A stretch of 64,000 bases of DNA from Mobula hypostoma (Eukaryota), in the NCBI RefSeq assembly GCF_963921235.1, contig NC_086109.1:930001-994000 (forward strand). The letters run 5' to 3'. The translations under genes were made by a program, and so were the position numbers. The notes beneath the pieces were generated by a model that was given only the letters and a program-made list of their open reading frames with translations, had not been told where the DNA came from and did not search any database. Positions 24,901-37,161 of the stretch are shown piece after piece (position 1 is the stretch's first letter; each line of letters begins with the position of its first letter).

Positions 24901-26674
24901 TTTTAATATATTCTTGTCAATCAATCCCAAACACGAATTCGGCACTGTTGAAAGCTCCAAACTGCCGAGAGTCGCTGCCTTTTCTACTCAATCGGCAAAC
25001 CTGTATTTGACATTTCTATTTTGGGAGAAAGATTCTGACTGTGCCTTACTATTTATCCCTCTCAGTATTTTATAGATCTCTGCCAGGTCTCCCAGCTGCT
25101 TCCAACTCTCCAGAGAATTGGAACCCAAGCTTATCCAAGCTCTCCTTCTCACTAATACTGTTGAATCCAGGCAGTATCATGGTAAACCTCTTCTGCACCC
25201 TCTCAAAAGTCTCCATATCCTTCTTGTAATGGGGTGACCGGACTTGCACTCTATGCTCCATTATTTAATGACTCATATACTCCATGCCCTGGCTGATGAA
25301 GGCAATCATGCCATGTGTCTGCTTTACCACCCTATCAGCCTGTGTAACGACTTTCAGGGAGCTATGAATTTGGTCACTAAGACTTTTCTGTACTTCAGCA
25401 CTGTTCAGAGTATTGCCATTAACAGTGTGCTGTACCCAAAGTACTTCACTTTATATTTGTCTGGGTTATCCTCCATCTGCTATTTCTCTGCCTATTTCTA
25501 CAGTGGATCTACCATCCTGATGTTTCCAGTGGCAGTCTTCTACACAATTCACCATGCCATCATTGTTCGATTTACAAATTAGCTCGTCAGTACGTTCATC
25601 CAGGTCATTTATATTTCTTGTGTGCGGGTTCACGGTTCCCATATATGGGCAGTTTGAGAAAGCAGTGCATCCGTATTTGTGGGCAGAGGTGGGCATTGAT
25701 GGTGGCGGCTCTCCCTGCACAGGTTCAGGTGGGGGTTGGCTTCGAGGCCAGCACCCAGACCCAGGACACCACTTTCTCCTTCGGGTACCAGCTGGACATC
25801 CCCAAGGCAAACATGGTGTTCAGAGGTAGGTGATAACTGTTGGAGGGAATCAATGGGAGTAGTACGGTGGGGGGGGGGTGGATGCAGGTGGGAAGACTGG
25901 GTGCGAGTACAGTGATGTGGGTAATATGGAGAGTGGGGTGTATGGGGTTGGGGAGTGCAGTGGTAAGGACTATGGGGCTCTTGGGGAGTATGGTGGGTAG
26001 AAGACAAAACAAAATGTGGGGGAGAGTAGCTATGGAAACAATATAGATCCACAGAGAGACAGTGAAGGTGCCAGTGAGGGAGGGGGAGGCGGTGAGATGG
26101 AGGGGAAGGTGAGATACAGAGAGATGCCTGAGGGAGGAGAGTCAGACACGATAAGGTGTAGGGGAGATGGAGAGGGGGAACTGGGCAGGGTGAAAAGGAG
26201 ACACAGTGAGGGGGGAGATTAGGGGTGAGACAGGGTGGGGGTGGGGAGGGGGAGTGATAGACAGGGTGAGGGGCTGAGGGAGAGGGTAAATAAGGATAAG
26301 GGTCATAGAGACATGTGGAGAGAATGGTGAATGGAGCTTCACTGAGCACCATAGATAGTAAGTCTCTGTGCAGATCTGTCTAACAGTCTCTCACCCCACT
26401 TCCCCCTCTGCACCTCTCTCCACCATGCTACCCTCTCCATCCCTCACATGCTCTCCTTCACCTGCCTCCCTGCTCCCCATCCTCCTCTTGCTCCCATCTC
26501 CTCTCTTACCCAACTTCCTCTTCCCCCAAACCAGGTTCCTTGGACAGCAACTGGGTGGTGGGAGGGCTCCTGGAGAAGAGGCTAGCTCCCTTGCCTCTGA
26601 CCCTTACCCTCGGCGCCTTCATTGACCACTTGAGAAATAAGTTGCAGTACGGCTTCACAGTGACGGTCTGTTGA
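6880..26674 (+). CDS. TOMM40L: Mitochondrial import receptor subunit TOM40-like (TOMM40L); spliced gene lacking its first coding exon(s). Exons: 6880-6947, 7167-7256, 10727-10828, 12352-12457, 14032-14154, 19571-19647, 25723-25825, 26535-26674
   Basis: The eight AG...GT-bounded exons join in frame to give [269 protein letters not shown], a Tom40 beta-barrel. TWQFD, AHFLQS and [12 protein letters not shown], plus adjacency to MPZ, favour TOMM40L over TOMM40. Confidence 0.93.
6985..7102 (+). repeat. Two copies of the ~59-bp CAGACACAGAGTGAAGCTCCCTCTACACTGTCCCATCACACACTCCCAGG minisatellite
   Basis: Same unit as the array at 63565-64000. Confidence 0.85.
7167..7256 (+). CDS. TOMM40L: TOMM40L coding exon (90 bp)
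   Basis: ttccacag|GCTGCACAT...GATGAG|gtgggt; [30 protein letters not shown]. Confidence 0.9.
7748..7828. mobile_element. 81-bp hAT MITE
   Basis: TIRs CAGGGGTTCTCAAC and GTTGGGAACCTCTG; perfect 8-bp TSD CTCTATGT (7740-7747, 7829-7836). Confidence 0.85.
8970..10670 (+). repeat. Degenerate G-rich minisatellite (~46-bp unit GGTGGGAGTGAATGGGAAGGGGTGGGGTCCCATTGGGAGTGTGGAT)
   Basis: Dozens of recognisable GGGAGTGAATGG(G)AAG units. Confidence 0.88.
10727..10828 (+). CDS. TOMM40L: TOMM40L coding exon (102 bp)
   Basis: ccactgtag|AGCTTCCCA...GCCTTCCAG|gtgtgt; [34 protein letters not shown]. Confidence 0.92.
10975..11495 (+). mobile_element. Degenerate CR1 LINE 3' fragment
   Basis: Similar to other CR1 3' ends in the window (LEYCxQFWSP and RRLRGDL-like segments). 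Confidence 0.65.
12352..12457 (+). CDS. TOMM40L: TOMM40L coding exon (106 bp)
   Basis: aaaccag|ACCCAGCAG...GAATCTG|gtgagt; [35 protein letters not shown]. Confidence 0.95.
12747..13808 (-). mobile_element. 5'-truncated CR1 LINE (RT C-terminal part, 3' UTR and (CATAAGAC)n tail)
   Basis: [23 protein letters not shown] and [18 protein letters not shown]; tail cataagaccataagacatagg. Confidence 0.9.
14032..14154 (+). CDS. TOMM40L: TOMM40L coding exon (123 bp)
   Basis: cacccag|TCATCCTG...TACACCA|gtgagt; (V)[40 protein letters not shown]. Confidence 0.95.
14311..16144 (-). mobile_element. CR1 LINE (RT region and 3' tail)
   Basis: [57 protein letters not shown]. Confidence 0.92.
16145..19520 (+). 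repeat. Degenerate ~30-bp minisatellite (CAGTGTTACAGTGAGGGGTGCAGGGTGTGT), interrupted by a CR1 at ~16660-17845
   Basis: Repeated GTCAGTGTTA(C/G)AGTGAG units on both sides of the CR1. Confidence 0.88.
16660..17845 (+). mobile_element. CR1 LINE with an internal deletion; same subfamily as, and inverted relative to, 14311-16144
   Basis: [38 protein letters not shown] jumps directly to [10 protein letters not shown]; 3' tail CCTATGTCTTATGG. Confidence 0.9.
19571..19647 (+). CDS. TOMM40L: TOMM40L coding exon (77 bp)
   Basis: tcttgcag|CCTCTCACTGG...AATGATCAG|gtgagc; (T)[25 protein letters not shown]. Confidence 0.94.
19730..20700 (+). repeat. Degenerate (GT)n/(GTAT)n low-complexity tract
   Basis: Dense TG dinucleotide runs. 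Confidence 0.85.
21083..25000 (-). mobile_element. Near-full-length degenerate CR1 LINE, including the ORF1 esterase (SGNH-like) region
   Basis: ORF1 [20 protein letters not shown] (24000-24230); [41 protein letters not shown]; 3' tail near 21083. Confidence 0.88.
25723..25825 (+). CDS. TOMM40L: TOMM40L coding exon (103 bp)
   Basis: cctgcacag|GTTCAGGTG...TTCAGAG|gtaggt; [34 protein letters not shown]. Confidence 0.94.
26535..26674 (+). CDS. TOMM40L: TOMM40L last coding exon, with beta-signal and TGA stop
   Basis: caaaccag|GTTCCTTGGAC...GTCTGTTGA; ends QYGFTVTVC*, which fits the beta-signal pattern Po-x-G-x-x-Hy-x-Hy. Confidence 0.94.
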
Positions 26675-27369
26675 TGGATGGGGGGTTGTGGGACACCAAG
26701 TCTCGTACAGCGGACAGAAACTGGAGCAACTCCGAGGGGACGTGGACAGCCTGGAGAGTAGCAGCTGACCTTGCCTTGGAATCCACTGGAGAAACGTGTC
26801 AGAGCAGGACTCTGGGCGGCTGACTCATCGGTTATCTTCCTGTGGCCTGTCCCCAGCTTCACACTATTCAGTCTGCCTTATTTAACAGTATCAATGCTTG
26901 TGGGGAGAGGGCTTGCTGAAGAGAATGAGACCCATAGCAGAGGCACAGTGGAGAATAGCAGTGCTCCCAGTGTAGGGACCTGGGGATATGCAGATGGGAA
27001 CTGTGTATGGTGCTCCTAGTGTAGTCTAACCCAGGGATACGCAGACAGAAGCTGCTTGTAGTGTTCATAGTGCAATTGAACCCAGCAATATGGGCCCAGA
27101 GCTGTGCTCAGTGAAGCCAGTATGTTTGAACCCAGGGTTATGGAGGCAGGTAGCACAGGATCTCTTGTGGTTCTTCCCCTGTATAATAGGTACACCACTT
27201 AGGAGCCTCTCGGGGGAAAGTAACAGCATCTATCAGATCAGTGATACCACAACTGGCTTTTTTGTGTAGCAGGTAAGGACAAAATCTACACAAAACAATA
27301 GTGGTAGAATACTCCATAGTTAGGGACACAGACAGTGTTTCTGTGACCACAAGGCTCACTGGTCCCAGA

Positions 27370-30300
27370 GTCGAGGACAGGGTCAAACAGCATGGAAACA
27401 GGCCTGTTGACACAACCCCTCCCAGGTTGCCCACCTAAGCTAATCCCCCTTCTGTGAGATTAGCCCTTATTCTTCCAAACCTTTCCAATCCAAATACTTA
27501 TTCAAATGTCAAATAAATGTTGTTCATGAACCAACCTCAACCACTTCCTCTGGCAGCTCATTCCAAATACCCACCACCCTCTGCATGAAGTTGCCCCTCA
27601 GGTTTCTTTTAAATCTTTTCCCCTCATCTTAATCTTATGACCTCTAGTTTTTTGGTTTATTTCTCTGGGAAAGAAGACTGTGTGCATTCACCTTATCTAT
27701 GTCCCTCATGATTTTATACACTTTTAGTCCCTATACTCCAAAGATTAAATTCCTAGCTCGAGTCCTGGCAACATTCTTGTAAGTATTCTTTGCATTCTTT
27801 CTATCTTTGTCACATCTCCAACAACAGGGTGACCAAAACTGAACACAATACTCCAGGTGTGGCATCACCTTTGTCTTGAACAGGTTGATGCCTCTGCCTG
27901 AGCACAGGATACTCTGAGGGGGAAGATTAAGCAGTCAGAGGCTGTGGTCCATATTGGTACTAATGAAATCAGCAGAAAGGGAGATGCGATCCTGTAAAGC
28001 AAAGTTTGGAAGTTGAACAAGCAAAATCTCCAGGGTTATAATTTCTGTGTTGCTCTCTGTGCCATGTGCTGGTGAAGGTGGCAGTAGGAAGAGAGGATAG
28101 ATGAAGAGCTGGTGCAGGGTAAAGAGCTTCTGGTAATTGAATCGTCACCTCTGTGTCAGGAAGGAGGAAATGTTAAAGATATAGATATACATTAAGGTGG
28201 ATAAATCCTCAAGGCAAGTGTGATCTATTCCAGAATATTAAAAGATGCAAAGAAGTGATTGTCTGGGGCTCTAATGGAGATGTTTTTGCATTTTTGTTTG
28301 CTTCAGGTGAAGTACCAGAGGGCTAGAGGATAACTAACATCATCTGCTTGCTGAGCAGAGCAGAAGGGAAAAGAGAGGCATCTACAGGCCTGTAAATTTT
28401 ACATCAGCGGTTGGAACTTTATTAAAAATAATGCTAAGAAACAGGATTTGTGTTCACTTGGAAAGAAAGGGACTGATTAGGAGGGGTCAGTACAGTTTGA
28501 GCAGGAGAGATTATGTCTCACAAAGCTGATAGTTTCTTGAGGATCTAATAAGGAAAATTAGGAAGGGCAGGGCAGTAGATGTGGTTTATATGAACCTTTA
28601 GTGGGGCTTTTGATGAACTCCCACGTGGTAGGGTGGTCCGAGAGGGCAAAGCACCTTGAACCAAAGGTGTAGAACATAGAACAGTACAGCACAGGAACAG
28701 GCCATCTGGCCCACAATGTTCTGCCAAACCAACTAAAAAGTAAATCAAAATTTACTTTTTACTCCTACCTACACCATGCCTATAGCCCTTTATCTTCCTT
28801 ACATGTGCCTAACCAAACATCTCTTTAAAAACCTCAAATGTGTTTGCCTCTACCACAAACCAGGCAGCACATACCAGGCATTCACAAGTCTGAGTAAAAG
28901 CTTACCCCTCACATCCCCCTTGAACCTACCTCCTTTCACCTCCAATGTACGCCCTCTGGTATTAGACATTTCAACCCTGGGAAACAGGTACTCTCTGTCC
29001 ACTCTATCTACGTTTCTCATAATCTTGTAAACCTTTGTCAGATCTCCCCTCAGCCTCCAGTGCTCCAGAAAAAAAACAACCCAAGTTTATCCAGCATCTC
29101 ATGATAGCACATGCTCTCTCAACCAGGCAGCGTTCTGGTAAACCTCTTCTGCATTCTGTCCAAAGCCTCAACATCCTTCCTATAGTGGAGCGACCAGAAC
29201 TGTATGCATTACTTCATATATGGCCTAACCAGAGCTTTATAAATTTACAACATAATCTCTTGACTTTTGAACTCAGTACCTCGACTAATAAAAGCAAGCA
29301 TTCCATAAGCCGCCTTAACCACCTTATCGACCTATGCAGCCACTTTCAAGGAGCTATGAACTTGGATCCCAAGATCTCTCTGCTCAGCAATACTGTTAAG
29401 AATCTTGCCCTTCAATTTACTGTCTCCTTGCATTTGCCATCTCAGCCCATATCTGCAACTGGTCCATATTGTGTTGTATTCTTTGCCAGTCTTTTACACC
29501 AGCCGCAACTTCATCAATCTTGATGTTATCTGCAAATTTATTAATCCACCCATCTACATGTTCATCCAGGTCATCTATATGCATCACAAACAGCAGAGTC
29601 CCAACTGAGAACCCTGTGGAACACCACTAGTTATAGACCTCCAGCTCGAACCAGTCCCTTCTACCACTCTGTGCACAAGCCAGTTCTAAACCCAAACAGC
29701 TAATTCACTACAGACCCCAAGCATCTTAATCTTCTGGACTAGCCTCCCATGAGGGACATTGTCAAACACCTTATTAAATCCATGTAGACAACATCCATTG
29801 CTCTGCCCTCATCAGTCTCTCACCACCTTGTTTAAAAAAACTCAAATCAAGTTGGTAAGGCACAACCTGCCACACACAAAGCCATGCTGGTTCTCCCTAA
29901 TTCCATGGGTTTCCAAATGCTCATATATCTTATCCCTAAGAATTTTCTCCAGCAATTTCTCTACACCAGACATGAGACTCTCCAGTCTATAGTTCCCAGG
30001 ATTTTCGTTTGTTCCCTTCTTAAATAGAAATACAACATTAGCTACTCACCAGTCCTCCAGGACCTCACCTGTGGCTAGAGAGGGCATGAAGATACCAGTC
30101 AAGGGCCCAGCAATCTTGTCTTTTGCCTCCTTCAATAACCTGGGGTAAATCCGATCAGACCCTGGGACTTATCCACCTTAATACTTATTAGGAGGCCCAA
30201 CACTTCCTTCTCCCTGACCTCTAAATGACCCAGTGTATTTATGTACTCAGCACTGATCTCCTGGTCCTCCATATCCTTTTCCTTGGTAAATACTGAAGCA

Positions 30301-33300
30301 AAGAACTCATTAAGTACCTCACTCACATTCTCTGTATCCAAGCAAATGTTCCTTCCTTTATCCTTAAGTAGTCCCATCCTCTCCCTCATTATCCTCTTTC
30401 CTGTACTCTGTGCAATTGATCTTAAAACCTCTGCACATGCCTGATGTGGACTTGCCAAAGAAAAGGTGATCCCAATTAATGCCTCTTAGTTCCTGCCTAA
30501 TGCCCTCATAATTTGCCCTACTCCAATTTAAAGTTCTCCTGCAAGGACCATAACTATTCTTACCTATCCTGAAAGTTAAGGAGTTGTGGTCACTGTGCCA
30601 CAACTGGTGGCAAACGTTTCCAAAGCAGTCTTGGTGATAAGATGCAGAGGGTAAGGGTGGGTGGGTTTATCTTACTGGAAGTCTGTAATCAGTGGTATGC
30701 CACAGGTATTGGTGCTAGGACCTTAGTATACACAAATGACTTGGATGAGAATGTAGGGGTCTGATTCATAAATTTGTAGATGATGTGAAGATTGGTGGTG
30801 GAGGCGTAGATAGCAACAAAGGTTGCCTGAAGATGCAGAGAGACATGGATTAGCTGGAAAGTTGGGTGGAGTGGTGGCAGATGTAATCTAATCTGGACAA
30901 GTGTAAGTCACGCACTTTGGAAAGTCAAACACTGACAGAATATGTACAGTAAAAGGCAGAGGCTTTAAGAGTGTTGATGTACAGAGAGACTTTCTGTGCA
31001 AGTCCTTAGCTCTCTGAAAGCGATGACACAGGTGGATAGGCTAGTGAAAGTAACACGAAATTCTTGCTATGACAGGCTGAGGCACCGTGTGTGACAGAAT
31101 GTTGTATTGCAGCTGTACAAAACATTGGTACATGTTATAATGCTGTGTACATTTATGGTTGTCACACAGGAAGTGTATGTCTAGCATAGAGAGTGCAGAG
31201 GAGATTTACTAGTATGTTGACTGTAATGGAGGGCTATAGTTACGGGTAGACTGGGTTTGTTCCTTTTGGGATGTAGGAGACTGTGGCATGACCAGATAGA
31301 TATTTATAACATTATGAAAGACATAGATGGCTTTGATAGAATCTTTCTCTGCAGCATAGTGGGGGGGGGGGGGGGAGGGTCTAGAACTAGAGACCACAGT
31401 TTTAAGGTGGAAGGGAACAGATTTAAAAGTTCCCTGTGAGGGTACAGAGGGAGATGGATATGTGGAATATGCTGCCAGAGGACATAGTAGAGCTAGGTAC
31501 AATTACTTGGACAGATACGTGGATGGGAAAAGCAAGATAATGTGGGCAAATGCAGACAAATGAGAGGAATGTAAATAGGCATCCCAAATTGTGAAAAGGT
31601 GATTATTTCAATCCTGTAAAGATCTATGACAATGATCAGAACCGAGTGGTCTGACCCAAGGATAGGGAGACCAGTAAAGCCATCCTGATCCAATCTTCTC
31701 TCCAAAAATGCACTAAAGTTGAGCCATCAGCTCAGAAACATCCAATTACCAACTCTATTTGGCAAGATCCTTGGTGGAATGTCTGAATTATTTTTGGGAA
31801 GTCAGTTCTGCTACATTGACTTTAAGTTATAGCATACTCTGCACCTCCCTAGTGATTGCTGTGAACCTGTTGTCAGAACCCCCTGCTGAGAGACAGAATT
31901 GTCAATGGCTTCTCACACTTTCAGTCTCTGTCAGAGAGAGAGGGGGGATTCTTCTTGTGACCAAGTACACATTGTCATGTTAAAAATGTGATCCATCATG
32001 GAGAGTAGAATCCCTTTAGACAGATGGAGAAGGTGAATTTCTCTGCATCTTGCCTCCACAGGAACTCCGGATGTCTCTGAAAGATGGAGAGAGAGCTTGT
32101 CCAGAAAATTAAGACACATGACATCAAGGGTTGAAGGGTTGGTCAGTTGGATGCAAAGTTGGCTTAGTCACAGAAGACTGAGGGTAATAGTGGAGGAATG
32201 TTATTTTGGCTGGAGGTCTTTGACCAGTGGTGTCTCCCAGGGTCAGTGCTGTGGTCCTGTAATCTGTGTACTGTATATGACTTGGATGAAAGCATAGGTA
32301 GGCTGTTTGTAGACAACATAAAAATTGGTGGAGTTCTGAATAGTGATGTGAATCAGTTGGAAATTTAGGCAGAGAAAAGGCAGTCACAGATTTTAATCCA
32401 GGTGAGAAGTTTCATTTAAGGAGGACCAATGTCAGTAGATAGCAGGACTTTAGGGAGTAATGATGTTCAGAGGGATCTTGGGATGAAAGTTCATAGCTCT
32501 CTACATGTGGCAACACAAGTAAATGGATTGGTCATGAAGGCATATGGCACATATGGCATACTTGCCTTCATTGGTCGAAGTGTTAAAGATAAAAGAGTGG
32601 AAGTTGCGTTGCAGCTGTGTAAAACTTTGGTTGACCATATTTGGGGTGTTGTGTGCAGTTCCACTCATCCCATTACAGGAAGGATATGGAGGCTTTGAAG
32701 AGGGTGCAGAAGTTGTTCACCAGAATTTTCCCAGGATTGTTGTGAGTGTAACCCTTGGTTCGGCTAGTGGCTTAGTCTAGGGGATGATAGCCCCCGGCCC
32801 AGCCAAATTTAAAAAATCTTGCTTGGGTAGATGCTGTGCGATGTGTCCCCTGTTACAAATCAATACCACGAAATAACAAACAGTACACAATATGGGATTA
32901 AACGATTGAGCTTTATAATTCTTAATTTGACTATATGGTTAGTAAAGAAACAAACAAAAAAGAAAAGGGCCCATTCTCATGAAACAGTCTAATGCGCAAA
33001 CGTTGAAGCTCACAGTTTCATCCATTTGTTCCTGTCGTTCTCCTCCGAGCGTAGCCGACCCTCGGACCCTTGCTCCTCAGTCCACTCTTTCTGGCGGTCT
33101 ACCAACTCTCTCCATTCGCGTCCTCTCTCTTCATCTCTCCCCAAAGAAAGAACCGCGGAAACCCCTCTTCCAGATCCACAAGAAAGAACAACACCCCTCT
33201 CATTGGCTAACATACATTCCAAAGTCCCCATTATCTCTAGTCATAACCCAAACATTGCTGCTACAGAGAAACCATTACCTTAGCCTTAGCAGTGAAACAT

Positions 33301-34390
33301 TACAGAGAGTCCATTACATTAGCAGAGAAACCTTACGGCATGTTACATGAGTACTAGCTAAAAGGAAAGGTTTGACAAACTTACATGCTTATAGAACATA
33401 GAATAGTAGTACAGTACAGGAACAGGCCCTTCAGCCCGTGATGATGTGGCAAACTAATGAAGCTGGTAATTAAATCCACAACTAAACTAATGCACTCTGC
33501 CGACCCAATCTCCATTTCCCTCCATTCTCTGACAGTCTATGTGCATATCTAAGAACTTCTTAAATGCCTCTGTTGGATTTGCCTCTACCACCATCCCTGG
33601 TAGCACAATCCAGACACCCACCACTCTGTATGAAAACTTGCCCCTAACATCTCATTTAAACTTACTCCTCTCACCTTTAAATGCATGCCTTAGTTTTGTC
33701 TGGTGCACTGGAAACCTGACTGTAATAAATATAGTTAAGAGGGACATAGAGTCATACCTCAAAGAAATAGGCCCTTGACCCCAGCTTGTCCTGGTTGACC
33801 AAGGTGTCAACCTGAACTTGTCCCTTTCACCTGTGTTTGGAGTGTATCCATTTGGACCAGTCCAAATATCTTTTAATTATTCTAATTATACCCACCTCTG
33901 CCACTTCCTCTGGCAATTTGTCCCATATACCCACCACCCTCTGTCTGAAATGTTGCTTCTCTGATCCCTTTTCAATCTTTTCCCCTTCACTTTAGAGGTG
34001 CCCTTTAGAAATAGACTCACATACCCTGGGAAAAAGACTGGCTATTCACCTTATCCATCCTCTCATCATTTTATAATATGTGATTTTTCCCCAGGGTGCA
34101 AATGTTAGATACTAGAGGGGAGAGGTTTCAGATGAGAGGGGAAATGTTTAAAGGAGATTACCAGGTAAGGTTTTATTTAACACAGTGGTGGGTGCCTGAA
34201 ATGTATTGCCAGGGAAGCTGGTGGAGGCAGATACGATAGTAATTTTCAAGAGTCATTTACATAGACATGTGAACAAGCAAGTAAATAAGGGATATGTGCT
34301 AATGCAGGCTGATGGGAATTAGTTTAAATCAGCATTGGGGCCAGCACAGACACTGTGGGCCGAAAGGCTTGTTCATGTGCTCTGTTTTAT
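27370..34390. mobile_element. Cluster of old, degenerate CR1 fragments in both orientations (largest ~28670-30600 minus and ~30610-31620 plus)
   Basis: Remnants such as EVLNEFFASVFTKEKD, VDKSQG, SDHNSLTF and DLGMKVHSSL; multiple CR1 3' tails. Confidence 0.75.
32747..33347. mobile_element. Solo LTR (601 bp) inserted in a CR1
   Basis: Termini TGTAAC...GTTACA; 4-bp TSD TGAG (32743-32746, 33348-33351). Confidence 0.82.
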
Positions 34391-34497
34391 GTTCTATGTT
34401 GAACTTTCAAACAGGGTCCTCATGAGCCTTTTGCTGGAGTCGTTTGTCAATGGGCTTATGACCCTGAGAAAGAAAGAGAAGGCATCCTTGGCTGAGA

Positions 34498-34690
34498 GGC
34501 GGCACAAAGGAGCAGCAAGTGTGGCTGCTGCCTTGCAGCGCCAGACCTCCAGATTCAATCCTGACCTCCGGTGCTGTCTGTGTAGAGTTGACACGTTCTC
34601 CCTGTGTTTGCATGGGTTTTCCCCTGTTGCTCCAGTTTCCTCTCAATTCCCAGTGATGGGCAAGCAATGGGTTAATCAACTTGTAAATTG
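34498..34690 (+). mobile_element. tRNA-derived SINE, HE1/V-SINE-like
   Basis: GGCGGCAC..GCTGCTGCC..CAGCGCCAG..GATTCAATCC..GCTGTCTGTGTAGAGTT..GTTCTCCCTGTG..CATGGGTTTTCC..GCTCCAGTTTCCTC pattern. Confidence 0.7.
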
Positions 34691-34899
34691 TTCTTTACAG
34701 AGAAACACGTCCTCATTGGAATTGTACACATTGATGAAAACAGTCCTGCAACTGGGTCCAAAATTCTAAAGAAACTTTTGTGTTATTTAATTTAATATAT
34801 GTATATAACTAATAAATTATTGAAATATTCAGGATGTTTTACTATTATCTTTGTGTGTTTGTGTATGTGTAAACAATCTGTTATGAGGGAGTTAGGTTA

Positions 34900-35175
34900 A
34901 CATCCCACTGATGTTAACCTAACTCCCTCACAAGGTCCCTCAGTAACCCCTCTCTCCTGAGCTCTGTCACGGACTGTTTACCTGCTGTTGTTAACCCAGC
35001 TCTTTCACACTCAGTAACCTTCTCCCCCAGCACCCTGTATCACAGACTGTATCCCTATAGATGTTAATCCAGCTCCCTCACACTATCCCTGTGTCCCCTC
35101 TCCCCCATTGTCCCGTATCATTGATTGTATCCACACTGAAGTTAATCCAGCTCCCTCACACTGTCCTTCAGTAAT
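34900..35175 (+). repeat. Short degenerate minisatellite (GTTAATCCAGCTCCCTCACACT...)
   Basis: About four imperfect ~70-bp units. Confidence 0.65.
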
Positions 35176-37161
35176 CGATCTCTGATGCCATGACTTTCTG
35201 ATGTGACCGTGTACAGGGAGCTGGACTCTGTCAAGAATCCTGCAACGTAATCTCAAAGCCAGCAGAGGGGTGTCAATGCGCTGTGAACATTGGTGTGCTG
35301 GGATGGATAATGCAACTTCTTCCACACGCCAGCTACAACCGCTGTGAGCAAGGGATCTCATTGGTCTGGTTTGTCCACTCCTCACCACTGCCCTCTGTTC
35401 ACTTAACGATCTGGCCTTCTGAACTCGTCCAGGCTCTGAGTGCTCCACACCCAGCCTGTCTGCCCTTTAGGTCCCATGTGTCTCATAAGACATAGGAACA
35501 AATTAGGCCATTTGGCCCATCGGGTCTGCTCCACCATTCAATCTTGGTTGATCCTTCCCCCCACCTCTGTCCCACTCCCCACCTTTCTCCCCATAGCCTT
35601 CGAGGCATTGTCCAATCAGGAACCTATCAAGCTTTGCCATTTGAAAAAAACAGACCAACTGGCCTCCACAGCTGCCTGTGGTAATAAATTCCACAAATAC
35701 ACCACCCTCTGGCTAAATAAATTTCTCCGCACCTCTGTTTTAAATGGACATCCTCTATCCTGAGGCTGTACTCTCTTTTTCTAGATTTCCTCACTACGGG
35801 AAGCATCCTTTCCACCATCTACTCTGTCTAGGCCTTTCAACATTTGAACGGTTTCAATGAGATCTCCACTCAGCCTTCTAAATTCCAGTGAGCACAGACC
35901 CAGAGCTATCAAACGTTCCTTGTATAATAATGCTTTCATTCCCGGAATCATCCTGAGAGCATCCTTTGAACCCTATCCAAAGGTAGCACATCTTTTCTTA
36001 GATGAGGAGCCCAAAACTGTTCACAATGCTCAAGGTGAGGCTTCACCAGTGCCTTATAAAACCTTAGCATCACATCCTTCTTCTTGTATTCTAGACCTCT
36101 TGAAATAAATGCTAGCATTACATTTGCCTTCCTTACCACTGACTCTACCTGCAAGTTAGCCTTTAGGTTATTGCGCACAAGGACTCCCAAGTCCCTTTGC
36201 ATTTTAGATTTTTGGATTTTCTCCCCGTTTAGAAAATAGTCAGCACATTCATTTCTACTACCAATGTGCATGACCATGCATTTTCCAACATCATATTTCA
36301 TTTGCCACTTTCTTGCCCATTCTCCTAATCTGTATTAGTCCTTCTGCATCCCACCTGTTTCCTCAACGCTGCCTGTCCCTCCACCAATCTTTGTATCATC
36401 TGCAAACTTGGCAACAAAAGCCATCTATTCCATCATCTAAATCATCGATATACAATATAAAAAGAAGCGGTCCCAACACCAACCCGTGCAGAGCACCACG
36501 AGGAAAGGATCCTTTAATTCCCACCTGCTGCTTCCTACCAATCAGCCAATTCCCAAAAAATGCCAGGTTTTCCTGTAATACCATGGGCTGTCATGTAAGC
36601 AGCCTCACGTGCGGCACTTTGTCAAAGGCCTTCGGAAAGTCCAAATATACAACATCCACTGCATCCCCTTTATCTATCCTACTTGTAATCTCCTCAAAGT
36701 GTTCCAACAGGTTTGTCAGGCAGGACTTTCCCTGAAGGAAACTATACTGACTTTGTACTATCTTGTCCTGTGTCACCAAGTACCTCATCCTTAACAATTG
36801 ACTCCAGTGTCTTTCCAACCACTGAGGTCAGGCTAACTGGTCTATAATTTCTTTTTCTGCTGCCTTCCTCCTTTCTTAAATAGTGGCATGAGATTTGTAA
36901 TTTTCCAGTCCTCTGGTTCCATGCCAGAGTCCAATGATTTTTGAAAGATTATTACCAATGCCTCCACATTCTGTACCACTACCTCTTTCAGAATCTTAAA
37001 ATGCAGTTCATCTGGTCTGGATTACTTGGGTACCCATAGGACTTTCAGTTTTTTAAGCACCTTTTTCCTTGTAATAGTAACTCCACTCATTTCTCTTCCC
37101 TCACACCCTCCAACATCTGGCACACTGCTAGTGTCTTCTACAGTGAAGACTGATAGAAAAT

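Noticed and set aside
25630..26352. 240-aa Pro-rich minus-strand ORF
   Set aside because: It is antisense to a TOMM40L exon and its purine-rich intron; composition reflects the strand skew
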